DNA of 64,000 nt from Balanoglossus misakiensis (Eukaryota; Animalia; Hemichordata). Shown one piece after another: positions 27,801 through 42,800 of the stretch. Made by a program: the position numbers and the translations under genes. How positions within the stretch are numbered: the first letter of the stretch is position 1; every line of letters starts with the position of its first letter. The stretch covers positions 12,088,286 through 12,152,285 of the forward strand of contig CM082581.2 of NCBI GenBank assembly GCA_040954595.2. The letters are read 5' to 3'. The notes under the pieces were generated by a model that worked only from the letters and a program-made list of their open reading frames with translations, was not told where the DNA came from and did not search any database.

Positions 27801-30800
27801 ATTAAAGCCTGATCATTGGACATTGCAGACCAGAGTAGCGTCAACATTGTGGGAATAAAGTCAAAGGTCATCATTAACCAATCAGGAAAGAGGACACTTT
27901 TGATCATTGCTATAGCGATAAAAGTCCTCATGGATCCATAAGATTTCTAATGAAAATCTTGAGGTTTCTGAAGGTATATGATTAGAAAACATTTTCATCG
28001 CACAAATAACAAATAAGCTATGTACAACATGTTTTTTTTTATTAAAATGACACTGTAGCAATTTGAAAGGACTTTAATGAAATGGCTCGTAGTTACTTGA
28101 ACTTCAAAGTGACCCATTGTCACAATCTTCAAAGAAACAGGTGATGAATTAGCCATCGTTAGTAACCCTTGGATACACGGAATAATGTTGATCAGATGTG
28201 AGTGTAGGAAGGTAGTCTCTCTGAAGACCCTTAGGACTGTCATTAATTGTAGATAAAACCGACAGCTGCCGTAAATCACCTTACGAATTGATCGAATGCA
28301 AAACTGCATCGATTTCTAACATCTGAGGTTTTCATGCGTGCACTACCAAACGTGAATGTTGATCGACTGGCCAGGGGTCGGTCGGCAAGTCTAATTATCT
28401 GGAGAGTATGCGAAGTGTAATTTTTCGGACAATTCCGCCGCTGCTGTTGATGAGTAATGGACATTGTCAGGTGTACGGGAAAAAAAATCAGGAAGCATCA
28501 ACTCTACCAGCAGAAAAGCTCTAGAGTTCAGATTGGCCAAGGTGGTCTGTCATCCTGCAGGGATTAAAATTAATCATCTCAGGAAGGAAGTAGAAATTGA
28601 AAGTTTTAATTTCAGGAATTAATATGTTTGCAGGTGTTTAGATTGGGTAAGCCAGGTAACAATGGATTTTGAGAATTCGAAATTTTTCCTGTGATTGTTG
28701 GAGCTTAGCAACAGTTGATAAAAATTGACAGTCATACTCTATATATTTACATCGCTGTAAATTTTAGAGTAATGTACACACTTGATAAGGGGGATTGTAC
28801 TTGAACTGTGATTGGTGAGAGGGTTGTAAAACCAGAAATTTTGTTTGTATGTATCCTTGTTGACCTGTATATTTCTCATAGTGTGCATTCTTCTCTGTGG
28901 TCAGGCTTCAATAGTTGTCTAAACCAATCTCTGTTATTCAATTTCAAAAACCCATCTAGTTTTCTCCATCTGTCGCTTGCATTTAAAGGTCATCTTTTAT
29001 AATCAGAGTTAATCCTTAGCACCATGCTGGAATTTCAGTTTTGATATGTAAAATTTTATTACTACTAGTTAATCCTGAAACAGCCTACTTCATTATTGTA
29101 ACACTGTTCCCTGTTGTGGATCACTTTTCATGACAAACTATGGTGTGGATGGCAAACAAATTAAAACTTCCAACTGTTATGGTTTTGAGCATTTCTTTTA
29201 ATATACTCCTAATGTAAGCTCGACTGTTTTATACAGTGAAGCAAAGACATCTGAAAAGCATCAGAATTGATCATAGGGGGTTTCCAAGAGATTTAAAAGA
29301 AGGTCGTCGTCCGAAATGATGCCTGTATGGTTTTTCTGTTTACACACCATGCATTGTGTCCATGGCGATTAAGTGGAACAGGTTGAAACTCCATTTTTGG
29401 CTTTTTTTCAGTAATTTTGTTTTGTATCTCTGTCATTCGAAAGTTTGCATCGTGACCCCAAATTTCGAGGTGCTTTCTACCTTACTGTAAATATGTAGTT
29501 TTCTCGCCTGTATATTGAATTTCAAACTGAGCTTCCCTATTGCCGTGTACATGGTTTCAACCAACTGGTGAAAATAATAGATCACATTAATTTGGTGGTG
29601 GAGATCAGTCAGCTTGAATTATACACGTCGGTTGAATCAGTGTCTTCAATAATTCACTGGTCAGTTGTAAATGTTTATCGCATGTGATAATATACAAGTT
29701 TAATGCATCTTATTCCTAGATGGGTGAGAAAATTCACACCAGTTTTGTCATCGTTATGAGAATTGTGACCTCCCCTGCCAATAAATAATCCCTCCATGCA
29801 GTCTGTCTGCTCTTAGGCAGCTGCAGACATACAGTTGACTGTACACGAGGCCGAGTCGTGATTGATGGATTTGATGAATATGTCGATTTTATTTTTTACA
29901 TGCTCTGCTGCATCCTACTCATGTCTTGCCGGAATTTTGCAGGAATTGAAAATCGACCCGTGCTTTTTGAGTGGAAAATGAGAATCCATGTGGAAATTCC
30001 CACTTCCCATACTTGACTGATTGTTGACATAATTCAACCGCAAGTGGAAATCCGGTTTCCTTAAGGAGTTAGCCAAGCGGAGTTGGGAATGAGATATTTC
30101 CCTCGGCTCATGCGTAGAAAGTGAACTATAAACATCCTTGATTTGCAGACAAGCAATATAGAGGAATAAAATCACACAGACTCTGGCAACATAGAAAAAT
30201 ATAAAGTTGAGGAGCTGTACATCAGTATCCCGAATCTCTTCTGGGATAGAACAGTTCGTAAACATCTTTCTTGCGGTTGCTGTAGGGATAATGAAAGCAA
30301 TTACTGTTTAACCACATGTGTGTTTTTACAAAATGGGTGTGTGTCCGGATTGATAATCTCATAAACTTCATTGAACAGGTGGTTTATTCCCTTTCGTCGC
30401 CAAACTTTGGAATCATTCAAATGCACCGAGATAAGGTCGGAGAGGTTAAACAACAAAATGGAAAGGTTTTAAATCATTTAATGTTTTCCAATTGGTAGTG
30501 TCCCTAGAGGATTTCCTTATGGTCTTAACCATTAAATTGCAATTAATCATTTATGTAATGCTGATTTAGAGATACCATATGATAGCCGAACATCTGTTGC
30601 GTTCAGTTTCCATCCATTTTTTGCTATCGTCGGTTAGGCTACAGTCATACAATATACAGATTTAGGGAGGGAAAATCTTCTATATCTTTCAATTTGTGTG
30701 ATTGGTATGAAATGACCGATAGACCGATTTCCTTTACGAGTGGATTTAAGGAAACAAATTGCTCAAAGCTTTGCCTGTATTTCAAAATCAAAATGGCTGC

Positions 30801-33800
30801 CATTCTTTGTGCTGGAAGCTCCTGAGAAAATCTAACTATTGGAATAGAACTTCTTGAAATGATCACCTCTAACTCGCTTATCTCTTTGCGGTCGTCAAAC
30901 ACGATCTCAGTCGTTTAAAAAACAGAGCAGAGTGGACATATGTAAAGTGCTTTAATTTTACTTGAAACATATGGCATCCCTGCGGTACAGTCTGCCCTAA
31001 TTAGGATGGAAATCCACGCAACTTTGCAAGCTTAAAGCCATGATCAATCTCTAGTCTGCTATCAGGCATTGAAATTTGCCCTTTTGACCAATCCCAAGAT
31101 AAATTTGCAATCATTGGGCAAGTGACTTGCATTTATTTCCCCATATCTCCATCATTATTCACTGTAAACTACCCAGAATACCCAGATTTCTAAATTCTGC
31201 TCACATATTTCTTTTCCCCCTGCGGTCAAAGGAAAGCACCACAGAGAAATCAAGCACTGAATATCTCTAACATGTTAACACTTTCAAACTGTAGTGTTAG
31301 ATTATTCAATATTAATGACCAAGTCAATATTTGTTAGTATTTTATTTTAGTAGTCAGTCATAATGCGAATCGCCTCCTTCAAATTCATTAGGCGAAAAGT
31401 AAATATATTTTCTTGTAGCCAGAAAAGCAGCAGTCACATGCTAGTGGCAATATTCTAGTGGTAATGGTCCGTAAGAAGGAGAATATACTTATTATCAACT
31501 TAGGAATAACTGTGTGTTATTATTGACTTGCATATTATTGACCAATAAAGAGGAGTAGGCTTATTTTAATACAGCAAATAAAATTAATAAGGGAAATAAA
31601 ATAGAAAAAAATATTGAACATTGTAGTTACCATATTTATCATAAAGCTAATAAATGTACACAAAATATGCGCTGGCTTGTGGTTTGCCAGCTATTTGGTA
31701 ACCCATGTAGTGCCTTGTGATAAATATATGCGAGAGAGAAATTATATTTCTACCGTTTTCTAGTTGTTCCCTGAGCTCAAAGGTCAATTGAGCATGACAC
31801 CAATGTTGCAAGATTTTTTTTCGTGCGATTTGGCATGAAAACGCATCCTGGGCAAGCTACTTAGCATTCATTTGCACTGAATGATGGAAATCCAGGTAGC
31901 AGTAAAATTTAATCTGGGTTTCAGAAGTGGCCTATTGAGCATGCTACATTTTAGTCGCAGATAACTAATTAAGTAGGTCTTTTGACATGACTATTAAAAA
32001 GAAAAGACTTGTTTTGCACGGAGAGAATGCTTAAAGTCTCTTACATAGAGCATGGATAATGTTTTCTTTTCAAGACATGGAAAATTGAATGAGTCTTTCT
32101 ACAACGTTGCCATGTGAATACAGCTTTAGAGAAACTCAGAATGCACAGACGTCATAGGGTAATGCAAAGTGCAGTTAATTTTTTTGCAGGGACCTTCAGA
32201 AATGATATATTACAGAACTATGAGCCTGCCTGGAGAGAGAACAATTTCCTCAGGAGGGATTATGAAATGTTTTCTGCAATCTTGGTTTCATGATCATAGG
32301 TGATAATGTGAAAGGAATGATTATAAAGAAATCCATGATTGAAGCGGCAGGGGCACGCCAGATTATATGGCCTCTTGCAAATGTCGCAGTGAACTTGAAA
32401 TTATACTCACTGCTATGGTTCCTGTTTGACTCAGAGGTAATTGATTTTCAGCCTTGGTTCTGTGCTGTAGCTCACTTCAGTTTTATATCCGTCATTATGT
32501 TGTCATGACAACAGGTTCTGTCATGAGTTTACCAACCATCTTAATTGAAGAGCACCTTTAACAAGAAGATGATCTGATGTAAAAACTCCGCAATTAGTTT
32601 TTCGTCCCTGGTAATTCACAAATACCAAAGTTGATCAAAACATCTAATGAAGCAATTGACCTTTTTATCATTGATATTTGGAAAAGCGATGCATCATAAA
32701 AATGTGGAGGTGAAAATTCTCCATTCATTTGCTCTGTAAAAAATATTTGTTTCTGGTTACACGATGGGAATACATATCTTCATCTTCATTCAAACCAAGG
32801 CTAATTTTCCTCTGCGAAGTAATCTCATTTACCGTAATCCAATCCAAAAGTTCTGATTAACTTTTTTCTAAACCTCAGCTCAGGATGACCTCTGCCAAGA
32901 ATATTTTAATCAAACCTTTCTGCTGTCTTTAACTCCTTTCTTCGTTTCTTAGTTCATCCTTTAATGACAAGGACTGTAAGCTGATTAGATTTCCATGGCA
33001 ACCATCTGCCCGGTTATGACATCTGCCTGTCAGCTGTGGCATTAGCAAGTTCCTTATTTGGCGGTGAAAGTTGTACAGGCAATAGGAGGAAGATCGATTC
33101 TCATAGCCACATTATCGATATATACAAATAAACATTAAAGGGAATGACATCTTCCTGTTTTTTTCACTTCACTTGCTTCCCCCAGTCTCTCATTTTGACA
33201 TGTTTCTTTGTCTTCTAAATTGTGTAACTCAGTCCGCAGTCCCCCAAATTGGCCATATCTGAAATTTCAAAATGGCTCCTATCTTTGTAAATACATGTTG
33301 TAAAGCTAAAAGGTAGAAAAAAATTGATCGACAGAGAAAGATTGGCCTTCTCTATTGGCAAATACAGTCCTGAAAAGTGGAATGCTTAAAATTTATAGCC
33401 TGTGGCAAGTGCTACTACTCACAGAAATTCTCACTGGAGTGTAAGGTCAGTTATCCTTTTATAGATATGTTAACATGTTATTGAAGGCCTGAAAGTATTT
33501 TAATGCAGATTTTTAATGCTAGGGTTTATAGTGATTTAAGACTGATTCTGCCTGAAGTCATCAATCGAGACAACCGCCTGAGCCAAGCGATATTAATTTC
33601 TGCCAACCATAGTTCCTCCTGTTCATCACTGCCACAATTTGGTTCAAACATCAGTGACGTCATCAGCATAACTTTACTCTCAAGCAGGAAATTTGCTTGG
33701 GGGATAATTGTTCTTCATACCGACACTGTTCCAATTGAAGCCAAGAAATAAAGTACACGATTTTGGCGCATCTTTTATGGCATGTAACTTCAGACTCTCC

Positions 33801-36800
33801 CTAGCAACACCGCTATACATGTATATATTTATAGTTATAACACTTGTGCGTTTCCCTCCCTTAAACAAAAGTGTGGAAGTGCAAATAATGCAGCGAAGAA
33901 TTTATAATTTAAACTTCCTTCCGCCCGCATTTCCATATGTACTACACAAACTGTGTTCTAGCTAACAGAAATGAATGAAAATAAATTTAAAATGTCTACT
34001 TTTTTAGGTGTCATATTTATTGACTCACCAACAATTGTAAGAACTATGTCCTGGTGGCAATATGTGAACCAAAGTTTATTCAAGTGCTCACAAAATTATC
34101 AAAATACTGCTCTTAAAACCCTTTCACCCTTTTATTTTTAAAATAAGAACTGGTATTTATCATGTACATGTGTTAATTATCCATGTCCCCCAAAGGAATT
34201 CTCCGTAGAAACATGAGTGGTTGCTAAGTGAAAATTACACTGGACCATGTAGCTGTTAATTATGGCATTGGCTCATAATAAGAAGAGAAGTCGAGGATCC
34301 TTTATTATTAAAAGCAATTAAAACTCTTTTATATTGAGATATTGGGGTATCCATAATTATTTTTTTCATAGGGAGGGGAGGATTATCTGTCATATTGAAT
34401 GAGCATGGGACAGTTAAAGACCTAACGGATGTTGGCTGCCATTGAAGCGATTTTGGTCGATTGTTTCGACATCCGTGATGACAATAAAAGAGGTCCTGCA
34501 GATCTGTAAGGGCAATAACAACGTCAGTCTGATTTATGGCAAACGATAAAAAAAATGGAAGCGGACAAGGAAAAACCATTTCATGGTATCAGCATGCACC
34601 GCCCGTTATCACTGTCAGTAAATTATCTGTGAAGTTTTCTGTCGATGTACTGTCAATCATTAGTCGATTAGCCACAAGAAATTCTACAATTTTAGTTTAG
34701 ACAAAAAGCAACCTCAAATACACGGTAAAGTTATTGATTATACATTAAAGATTTTTCCCGAAGGATGGCAGGAAGGTTTTATTGATAATTTTAAACCCTG
34801 ATGTAAAAAAACGTAGCTGTGGATGTTGTTGTGGCCAGATTTTATCCAGATGTTGTTGCCATGGTATCCATTTGTTGACATGTTTTATCATTGTCAAGTG
34901 AATGATTGAATCTTATCTGTTTATTTGTGGCGCAATTTAGAGAGGAATAATAATAGACCCTATACAATACTTAGTTGTCATAAGATAGAATGCATTGAAA
35001 GTGGTTAATGAACAAATCCCCACGTCTGTTTTGATTTACATGTACCCAACAGAATGGCCAGACAGGCAATCCAATTTACTTTTCATTCAATTCTAATGTC
35101 CTGTCTGGAAGCTAAAGTAAACATCCACCTAGAGCAAATTATCTGTAAATTGGCTCCCAGCAGGGAATGCTGGGATACAGTAAATTAGACAAGCACTCGT
35201 TCTTATTATCAGTTATGTTTGAATTTCTATCACATTGAATGGAAACTAATACACATTGAATTTGTCTGCTGGAGGAGTTCTCAAGTGGCGATGTTTCTAT
35301 CTAAAGGTTTTCTGATTTGAATACATTACATACATACATACCGGTACATACATACATACATACATGTATACATACATACCGGTACATGGATTCTTTTCTC
35401 ATCAGTGAGTTAAGTCAGTGGTGCATCATGTTGGCATAGAGGGCTCACTGACAGTGGTGTTTTCAAGATATGAAGTTCAGTTCTGTAAAATTATCACCAT
35501 GTAATTATCCACATTCAATCTCAACAGGTTAAAATCTATTGTATGAAATAAGAAAATTGAGACTGCGATTTGAAAAAGGAGAGAAAGAAAGCATAAAACA
35601 CAGTTTCGTAAATTGAATTCTTGGTTTTATAACACCGTTGAGATTCGATCTCATTGCATTGTACTTGGTTTTATACGACCCATCAAGATATTTTGTTGAA
35701 CATTGATTTATTTCAAGTCGTTACTTGAGGGATTTCTTCAGTTCTTTCACAAATCAATGTGTTCTTGTGTGATTGCGTGCAAACATTAAAATGCTATATA
35801 TGTGTCTGGTATTTCGGACAATCATTTATATCCCTCGAATATTCATTGGTTTGTGTGTGTGTGTGTTTTGTGAAGATTTTGAATTGCTGAAAATAGTTCA
35901 CTTATAGACAGACAGACAGACAGACAGACGGACTCCATTTTGAAGATTCATGAAGAAAAACTGAATTAGGAGAGGTCGTATTTTCCTTCTGTCTAGTTTT
36001 CTATCAATCTTCCATGTGAAAATGCACGTAATACTCTTGCTGTTGATCAGCACCTCTGAAGCAAAGATGGATTTAGAAAGTTAGCAAACATCTTGTAAAT
36101 GGCTGTGAATAAGCAGACATTAGGACACTTTGTGTGCGTATACCCGGTGGATGACATCGAAGATCTTCTGTTGAGGTGCTGAAAACAGCCGTGCGGTCCA
36201 CTGAAGATCGATTAAAGTTAATCCATGTTGAAAGAAGTCAGCCGGCAAGGCAAAGTTGTTTTTGCACGGAGGAAATGTGTAATGCTAAAACTAATAAACA
36301 CTTGATGATCCCAGAGGTGAATTTCGCCATGCATTGCCATGGCAACTGGCAAACTAATCTAACATTGATAAGGTTCATATGAAGTAATGGAATTGCAAAG
36401 GCGAGTCAATCTTTTGAAAGGTGATACCGCAACTTAGCTGTAGTTGTGTATTATACCATGGTTATCAACATGTTAGGAGTTTAATAATCTATGTGAGTAC
36501 GTATCCAGATCTGTTTTATCGTGACGAAATAAAAGTCTAAGTCAAACAATGCATTTTGCTCAGAAACAGACATGCTGAATTCTTATCAATTAAGTACATT
36601 GAAGTGTGAAGGAACTGCTTGCTATACCCATGTATCATCTCGTGCAAAAGTCAGCAGCAGCTACAAAATCTGGCAGACCAATCACAGTGCATGTTACAAA
36701 GTCAGAAGTGATGAGGGATTACATGATTGGCTGCTTACAATGCCATAGACAACAGCATGGTGGCACTTACAAACCTCTGCTTTAACGGCCGCTTTCTGCC

Positions 36801-39800
36801 AATTGTTTCGGGGGGACATCAGTCTGCCCAGACAAGAGACCTTGGCAAACAAAGATGAGATTTTGTTGGCGGCTGCATTATTATATTGGGAGTGTTCCTG
36901 AATCAGGGAAAAGCACTGAACTTGATTGAAACGGAAATGAAGTTCTTCAATTTCCCTGCATGGCCACATATAGGATTGTATATCTGTCTGCAAATTGAAT
37001 CTGTATTGCTCACTCTGATTAGTTTACTAGATTTTGAAGCTGTTGGCAAAATGCTTCAGATATAACTGAGTGGTTTTCATGCACAGTGGTTTTCATGCGC
37101 AGGTTGGCCTAGGGAGACTATTTGTTCCAAGCCGACCCAAGCCAAACCATTTGATTGAGATGATGACAGTCATGGGCACAACATAGCATGGGTCTACCAT
37201 TTATCTAAGTGGAATTTAGGATATTTCTCTGCCTGGTTAAAATGCCGATTTTAAACATGGCCATCATGACACGTTTATTAAAATATAATTATTCCTCATC
37301 TCTGTGTTCAGAATCTTGCAAAAGTAAAGACCGTTCTGATATGACAGCTTGACTTTGTAAAACTCTGCATGAAAACTGTGTTTTATTAGTTTTCCATCAC
37401 AAAAAAGAGAATCAGTGATCTATGGGTAGGTAAGCTGATCAGGAAGATTTCCTAAAGCAGTTTGTATTTCATGATTTGTTACTCTTTCGATTTGCGTCAT
37501 CTTCCCAAGAGGATACGGAGACCCTTGACCTCACTCGCTCATTATTTCATAAATGAGTATTTTTTCTCTCAGCTAAATAAAACCTCCACTATAATTCCAA
37601 GTGATTAAAGGTGTACCAAATGCGAATTTAACCATGGTTACTTTACCTTGGAAGATTTGTCTGTGTTTCACTATTTGTTTGAGCAGTGATGATATTAAAG
37701 CTCAGTGCAAGGTTAACAATGCAGAATTTAATTTCAAAGATCAAATTCACAGCGTCAAAAATGAAATGAGTAATTTACACTTGAAAAATCTCAATATCAC
37801 AGGGAAGGTTTTCATGGTGAGATTGGAGTCTGACATGCGTGAGCAAGGTCTGTTTGCTGAGGTTGCCATGGCAGCAGGGAATAAACATGTCCACAATCTT
37901 TTCTGTTCAATGCATAGTCTGATAAGAAGTGGTTATCGGGCAGGAATTACATGAATAGTTTTCGCATCAAGTCATCAGTCTCAATCTCTCACCGTTTAGG
38001 AAAAACGAACGCACATACTTGAACTCAATATGAACTCAATTTGTTCTGATGTCATTTCATTGAATTAGCACTGCAGCTTGAAGTGGATGCAATTATAGAC
38101 ATGGGCACAATCTGGAAAATTTATGAATATTTATTGGTACTAATTCATAAAACAAATGAGAAGGGTGAAATCCTCATTTGAAGTAACTTTATAAATGTAG
38201 AAAATTTATAGTCGCAACTCTGGTGCATTACCGAGTGATAAATGTTTCAGAGGTTAGTTAATCACATCAAAGATGAAACTGAAGCAGTCATGTTTAATAG
38301 TGGAAGGCCACACATTACTTTGAAGCTTCTATCACCATTATGTATTGAGCACTGTCACCTTTAATTTACATATATGCACATATTACATGTATATATGGCT
38401 AAAGGGGTGTCTAATATCCTTTGGATGAACGTTCAGTGGTGCACTGATTATTTTTGCATGGCCACCCTGTGAAAATCTGTGATTGGCTGGATCTCAACTT
38501 TCCTTGGTACTCGCTGGTTGCCCCTTGACAGATTGCTCAGGGTGCCAACGTGTCAACAGAGGGTGAATCACTTGATTGCCCTGTGTAGATGAAACACTGA
38601 TAGACTCACTATTGAATGATGAACTCGCCATTGAAGGATGCGCTAGTAGGAGACACAGGCACAGCCATGACATTATGCCCTTGAGTATTAAAGGCACTCT
38701 ATTTCTCGCTGCCAACCCAGGAGTGGGGTGGGTGGGGGGAATACCTGATCCTGTTAATGCCAGGGCTTTTCCCTATTTTGGGATGCCTCAATTGCCTATG
38801 ATTTTGCGACTCTAAAAGTAAATGTTTGTGACACTTTGTTTCAGCAAATCTGGACAGATTTATTGAAGAAGAAAAAAGTTGCTTGGGAGAATGAATAGTC
38901 TCTGTATAAACTGCAAAAATAGTGGCAGAGTGCCCAGTTATTGTGGCATTGAGCCAAAGAATTCAATCAACGCCAATTCATACCAGAATAAAAACACTTT
39001 CTAACTGTTTCAGAAAGTAAACAATAGTAATCTATCGACCAGTGTCACATTTTCTATAAACTCGTCACAATGTTTCCTCCGTACTGTCATTTTGTTTGAT
39101 CAAACCACAATATGCACAAGTGGACTGATTGATTGGTTGGCAAGCCATGCCAACTGGACATCGTGGAGAAGACTTGGCTATCTGTGGCGTTATTTTCCCA
39201 TATTTTTCACAAGTTGTCCAAACGCACATTCATGAAAGTTTGCGATGTCATGTCTGATCAGTGCAGTTTTGTTCAGCTAACTGTGCTAAGTCTATACCGG
39301 TAGAATGTTACATATTGCAGACACATCGTTTAAGAAGAATAGCATGGCCACAGTTAAATTGATTAGAATATATGGAAATACATAAACAATAAGGAGCTGA
39401 AGGGGTGTTAAGTTTGAAATGTAAAACATGTCTCCTTCACCATCAATTCGAGACGATATACCGTACACGAGACTGCGATAACAGCATTTAAATAAAATAA
39501 AACAAGTGGGCAACTAGTGACCTGTGTAACCTCTAACGATGACTGCAAGATTTTATGTGCATTTTACCGGAGATGGTCTATCAAACATTGAGACGGAAGA
39601 TAGCTTCTGCAAATGTATTGAAATTAATGGCATTGTAATGGTGAAGTTTTGGTCCCTAGGGTTAGTGACCCCACTGTGGGTTCCCTTAATGCATCATGAT
39701 TGCAGCTTGACTTGACATGTGACTAATACTAAGCCGATTCCCATGGGTCGTTGCTCAGTATTTGGCATTTCACCCCCGGTACATGATGTAAGAACACAAG

Positions 39801-42800
39801 ACGTACATATTACAGTAGTATTAAAAATATGCTGTGAATTTGCAGTCTGATGTTAGCAATGAACATTTTGCTGGCGACTTTTTCAACTTCTACATTTGCG
39901 AACGGATTCACGAAATGGAAAAGTGGGAAGAAAATTGGACACCTTCCCAAGAGAGGCTTACAAAACCTCAACCAAGTGTGGGAACACTGAACATTTACTT
40001 TATATAAAACTGAGCTCCATTTCTTTTTCGGTTTCTGAAGTGATTTCATGTACGCTCTCGAATATCACTCTCCAGAACACAAAGTGGGCATTTCACTTTC
40101 CTGTAATGCATCACAGAGCCTACGGTGTACCTTGCCTCACAAATCAATTGCCTGTGATTGGTAAATGCAGCCCTAATCAGTTCTAGATGAGTAAATGTAA
40201 ACAGATCTCAATTAAGTTAATTGATCCAATGCCAATCTATTGCCATAACAACCTGGATGCATTGCATGGCTGGCAATAGGCTTGGTTGAATCTAACCATA
40301 ACTAACATGGTACAGGTGACTGATCAGGGCAATTTTCAAAGCCAACCCAAGATAAATATATTACATGCGGAAGATATAGCATTTATACATCCAATCAATG
40401 AATTAGACAAGATTTTGCCTGCTGGTTCCCATGGTTTCTAAAACATTGCCAATAGCATGGTCTTCTGAAGAAAAAATTTTTTTATCTCACAAATTATTCT
40501 ATAATTATAGTCGTTACATAAAGTTTAATAATGTATTATAAAACTAAATTACATGTATATTAATATTATATGGTATAATGTTTCTTGTTTGAGATTGTAG
40601 ACCCTTATTATTCCCATTGCTGTAGATGAAATCGTCCTATAATATAAAGCAAGCTTAACTTGTCAGTCAAGCTCACAATAAAACTGTTCTTTGCGATAGG
40701 GTAGAGAACAAGAAAATCTAATTGATTCACAAAACAAAACACACCGAATAACAGATATTACAGATAACTAGTGGTACTTTAAAATGAGAGCAACTTTGAA
40801 AGCCAATATGGCAGGGAAACAAGTGAATTATTGAAGTCAGCAGTGATTGATTATGGTTTCCGAGCAAGAGTAACCCTGGTGACATTTTCCTTGACTTGAA
40901 TCATTATATTTAATCATCCCGGTAGAAAAAACCTGTGGTCAGACATCATGGTTCTGAGAGATGAACCCACTGACCTCTGAGGCTTTCTTACTCCTTACCT
41001 CCAGCCACCATCTGGCTTCGTTCGTCTCTCACAACGTGAGCTAGCTGACTTCCAGCAGTTACAGACAGCTGTTATTGAATACATACAAAATATAATATCA
41101 ATTTTGTCATTTCATTTTCCTTGGTGGGTAAAACAATACCTCTCTGAGGTTTTCATAAAGCCAATTCTACCTCTGGCCATCATCTGGTTTTGTGTCTCAC
41201 AGTGTGAGCTGACTTCAGTAGTTGCGGACAGCTGTAATCGAATACATGCAATACAAAATATAATATCAATTTTGTCATTTAATTTTCCTCGGTGGGTTAT
41301 TGAATTTCGTGTGTCAATGACCCGTGTTTTCTGCTGTGGATGCACAACTATCATAAATACTATAGGTTATAACGACATTCAAGTAAAATATACTGTAATT
41401 TGTATGCCAATTGCACGGTTACTCTCTGCATTAAATGAAAATATTAAACTGGTGCTGGTGATGGATAGGAATCGTTCAACATCTTACAGTTACCAGACAG
41501 ACAGGACCGACTCCTCACACGATTACAAATAGAGTGCAGAATGAATGAATATCTCAGTGAATAGAACTTGTAAATACTTTCAAAGTTCACCTCTCCATCA
41601 CCCTACAAACATTGTAAAGTTTATTGTAGATTATTCCTTCACCACCTCCAGGTCTGTGTGCCTGTAGTTGAAAGTTCTTTTGTGAGTCAAATCCTTTCAC
41701 TAGTAGAAACTGTAAATACAGGAAAAAAAGGGGTGTTTGAAAATGGCTGTTTTAAACAGAAAACAAGACATTTGAATTCACTTCACGTCTACCTCAGCAA
41801 GACATCAGAAAATTTTGAGTAATAACCTTTTGAAAGATGGCTAGAGAAAGAACCTACGGTGTAAAAGGTGTGAAATACGACGTAATTTCAAGATATTAAG
41901 AGCCAAAAAAATACCACATACTGATTTTGAAAGGTGTCGGTATGTTTTATTTGGCTCATTTGAGAAGGACAGTCAAAGACTTATTTTTAAAATTTTCTTT
42001 TACATGTTAGATTAGAGGGTGTACGTACATAATGATTATTCTTGTAGTTTGGGGGATTTATTGTTCAGAACTATGACATCACTTCAATGTAGTTGTCATG
42101 GGGATACGAGTTTATGGCTGAGTTGACTCTGAAATTAATTTTATGAATGCCAAGTACTCTAGTGCAATAAGTTTAATACAGTTTTTGCTTTTCAATGAGT
42201 CAGAAAGAAAGGGGGAATGGAATCTTTATAAACCATTGGTGTAAAATGAAGTCGAAAGCATGAATTATTAAACATTCAGATAAATTCTAATTCATCAGGT
42301 TACTTCAACCGCTCATCAAAAGTTGAAAAAAAATCTGAAGTAAATTGGCAGTGGGAATTGAAAGCTCTCCAAGTTTTTTGATATTTCTAGCATGTGAATG
42401 AAATTCTGATCTACTTGGCTGATTCCGACTGTGTTCCTTGGGGCTATAGCCAGCTCTCTTGAATAATTGTGGCATACTGAATCAACAGAAGAGTTTTGAC
42501 GTTCCACTGTGTGCCATCTGCTTCACACAGCTTATCTTCACATGCGATTTTGATTTCATCGTCAACTCCCTGTCTTTAATCACCGATTGTTTGTGCAGTA
42601 GTCATGGCTACCGGCAATCACAATCCCAGTTCAATTTTGCAGCGTGATGATCTGTTGAGCAATTTGGTCGTGGCAATCGTGCAGGTTGTGTGCAGGGCAA
42701 TAAAAACTGATCATTACAGTGAAAAGTAATGAAGCTGTGTATAATCTGCCAGAGGGAAATTAGTAATTTCACAGTTTCTTAGAATTTTGAGAATTAATGC

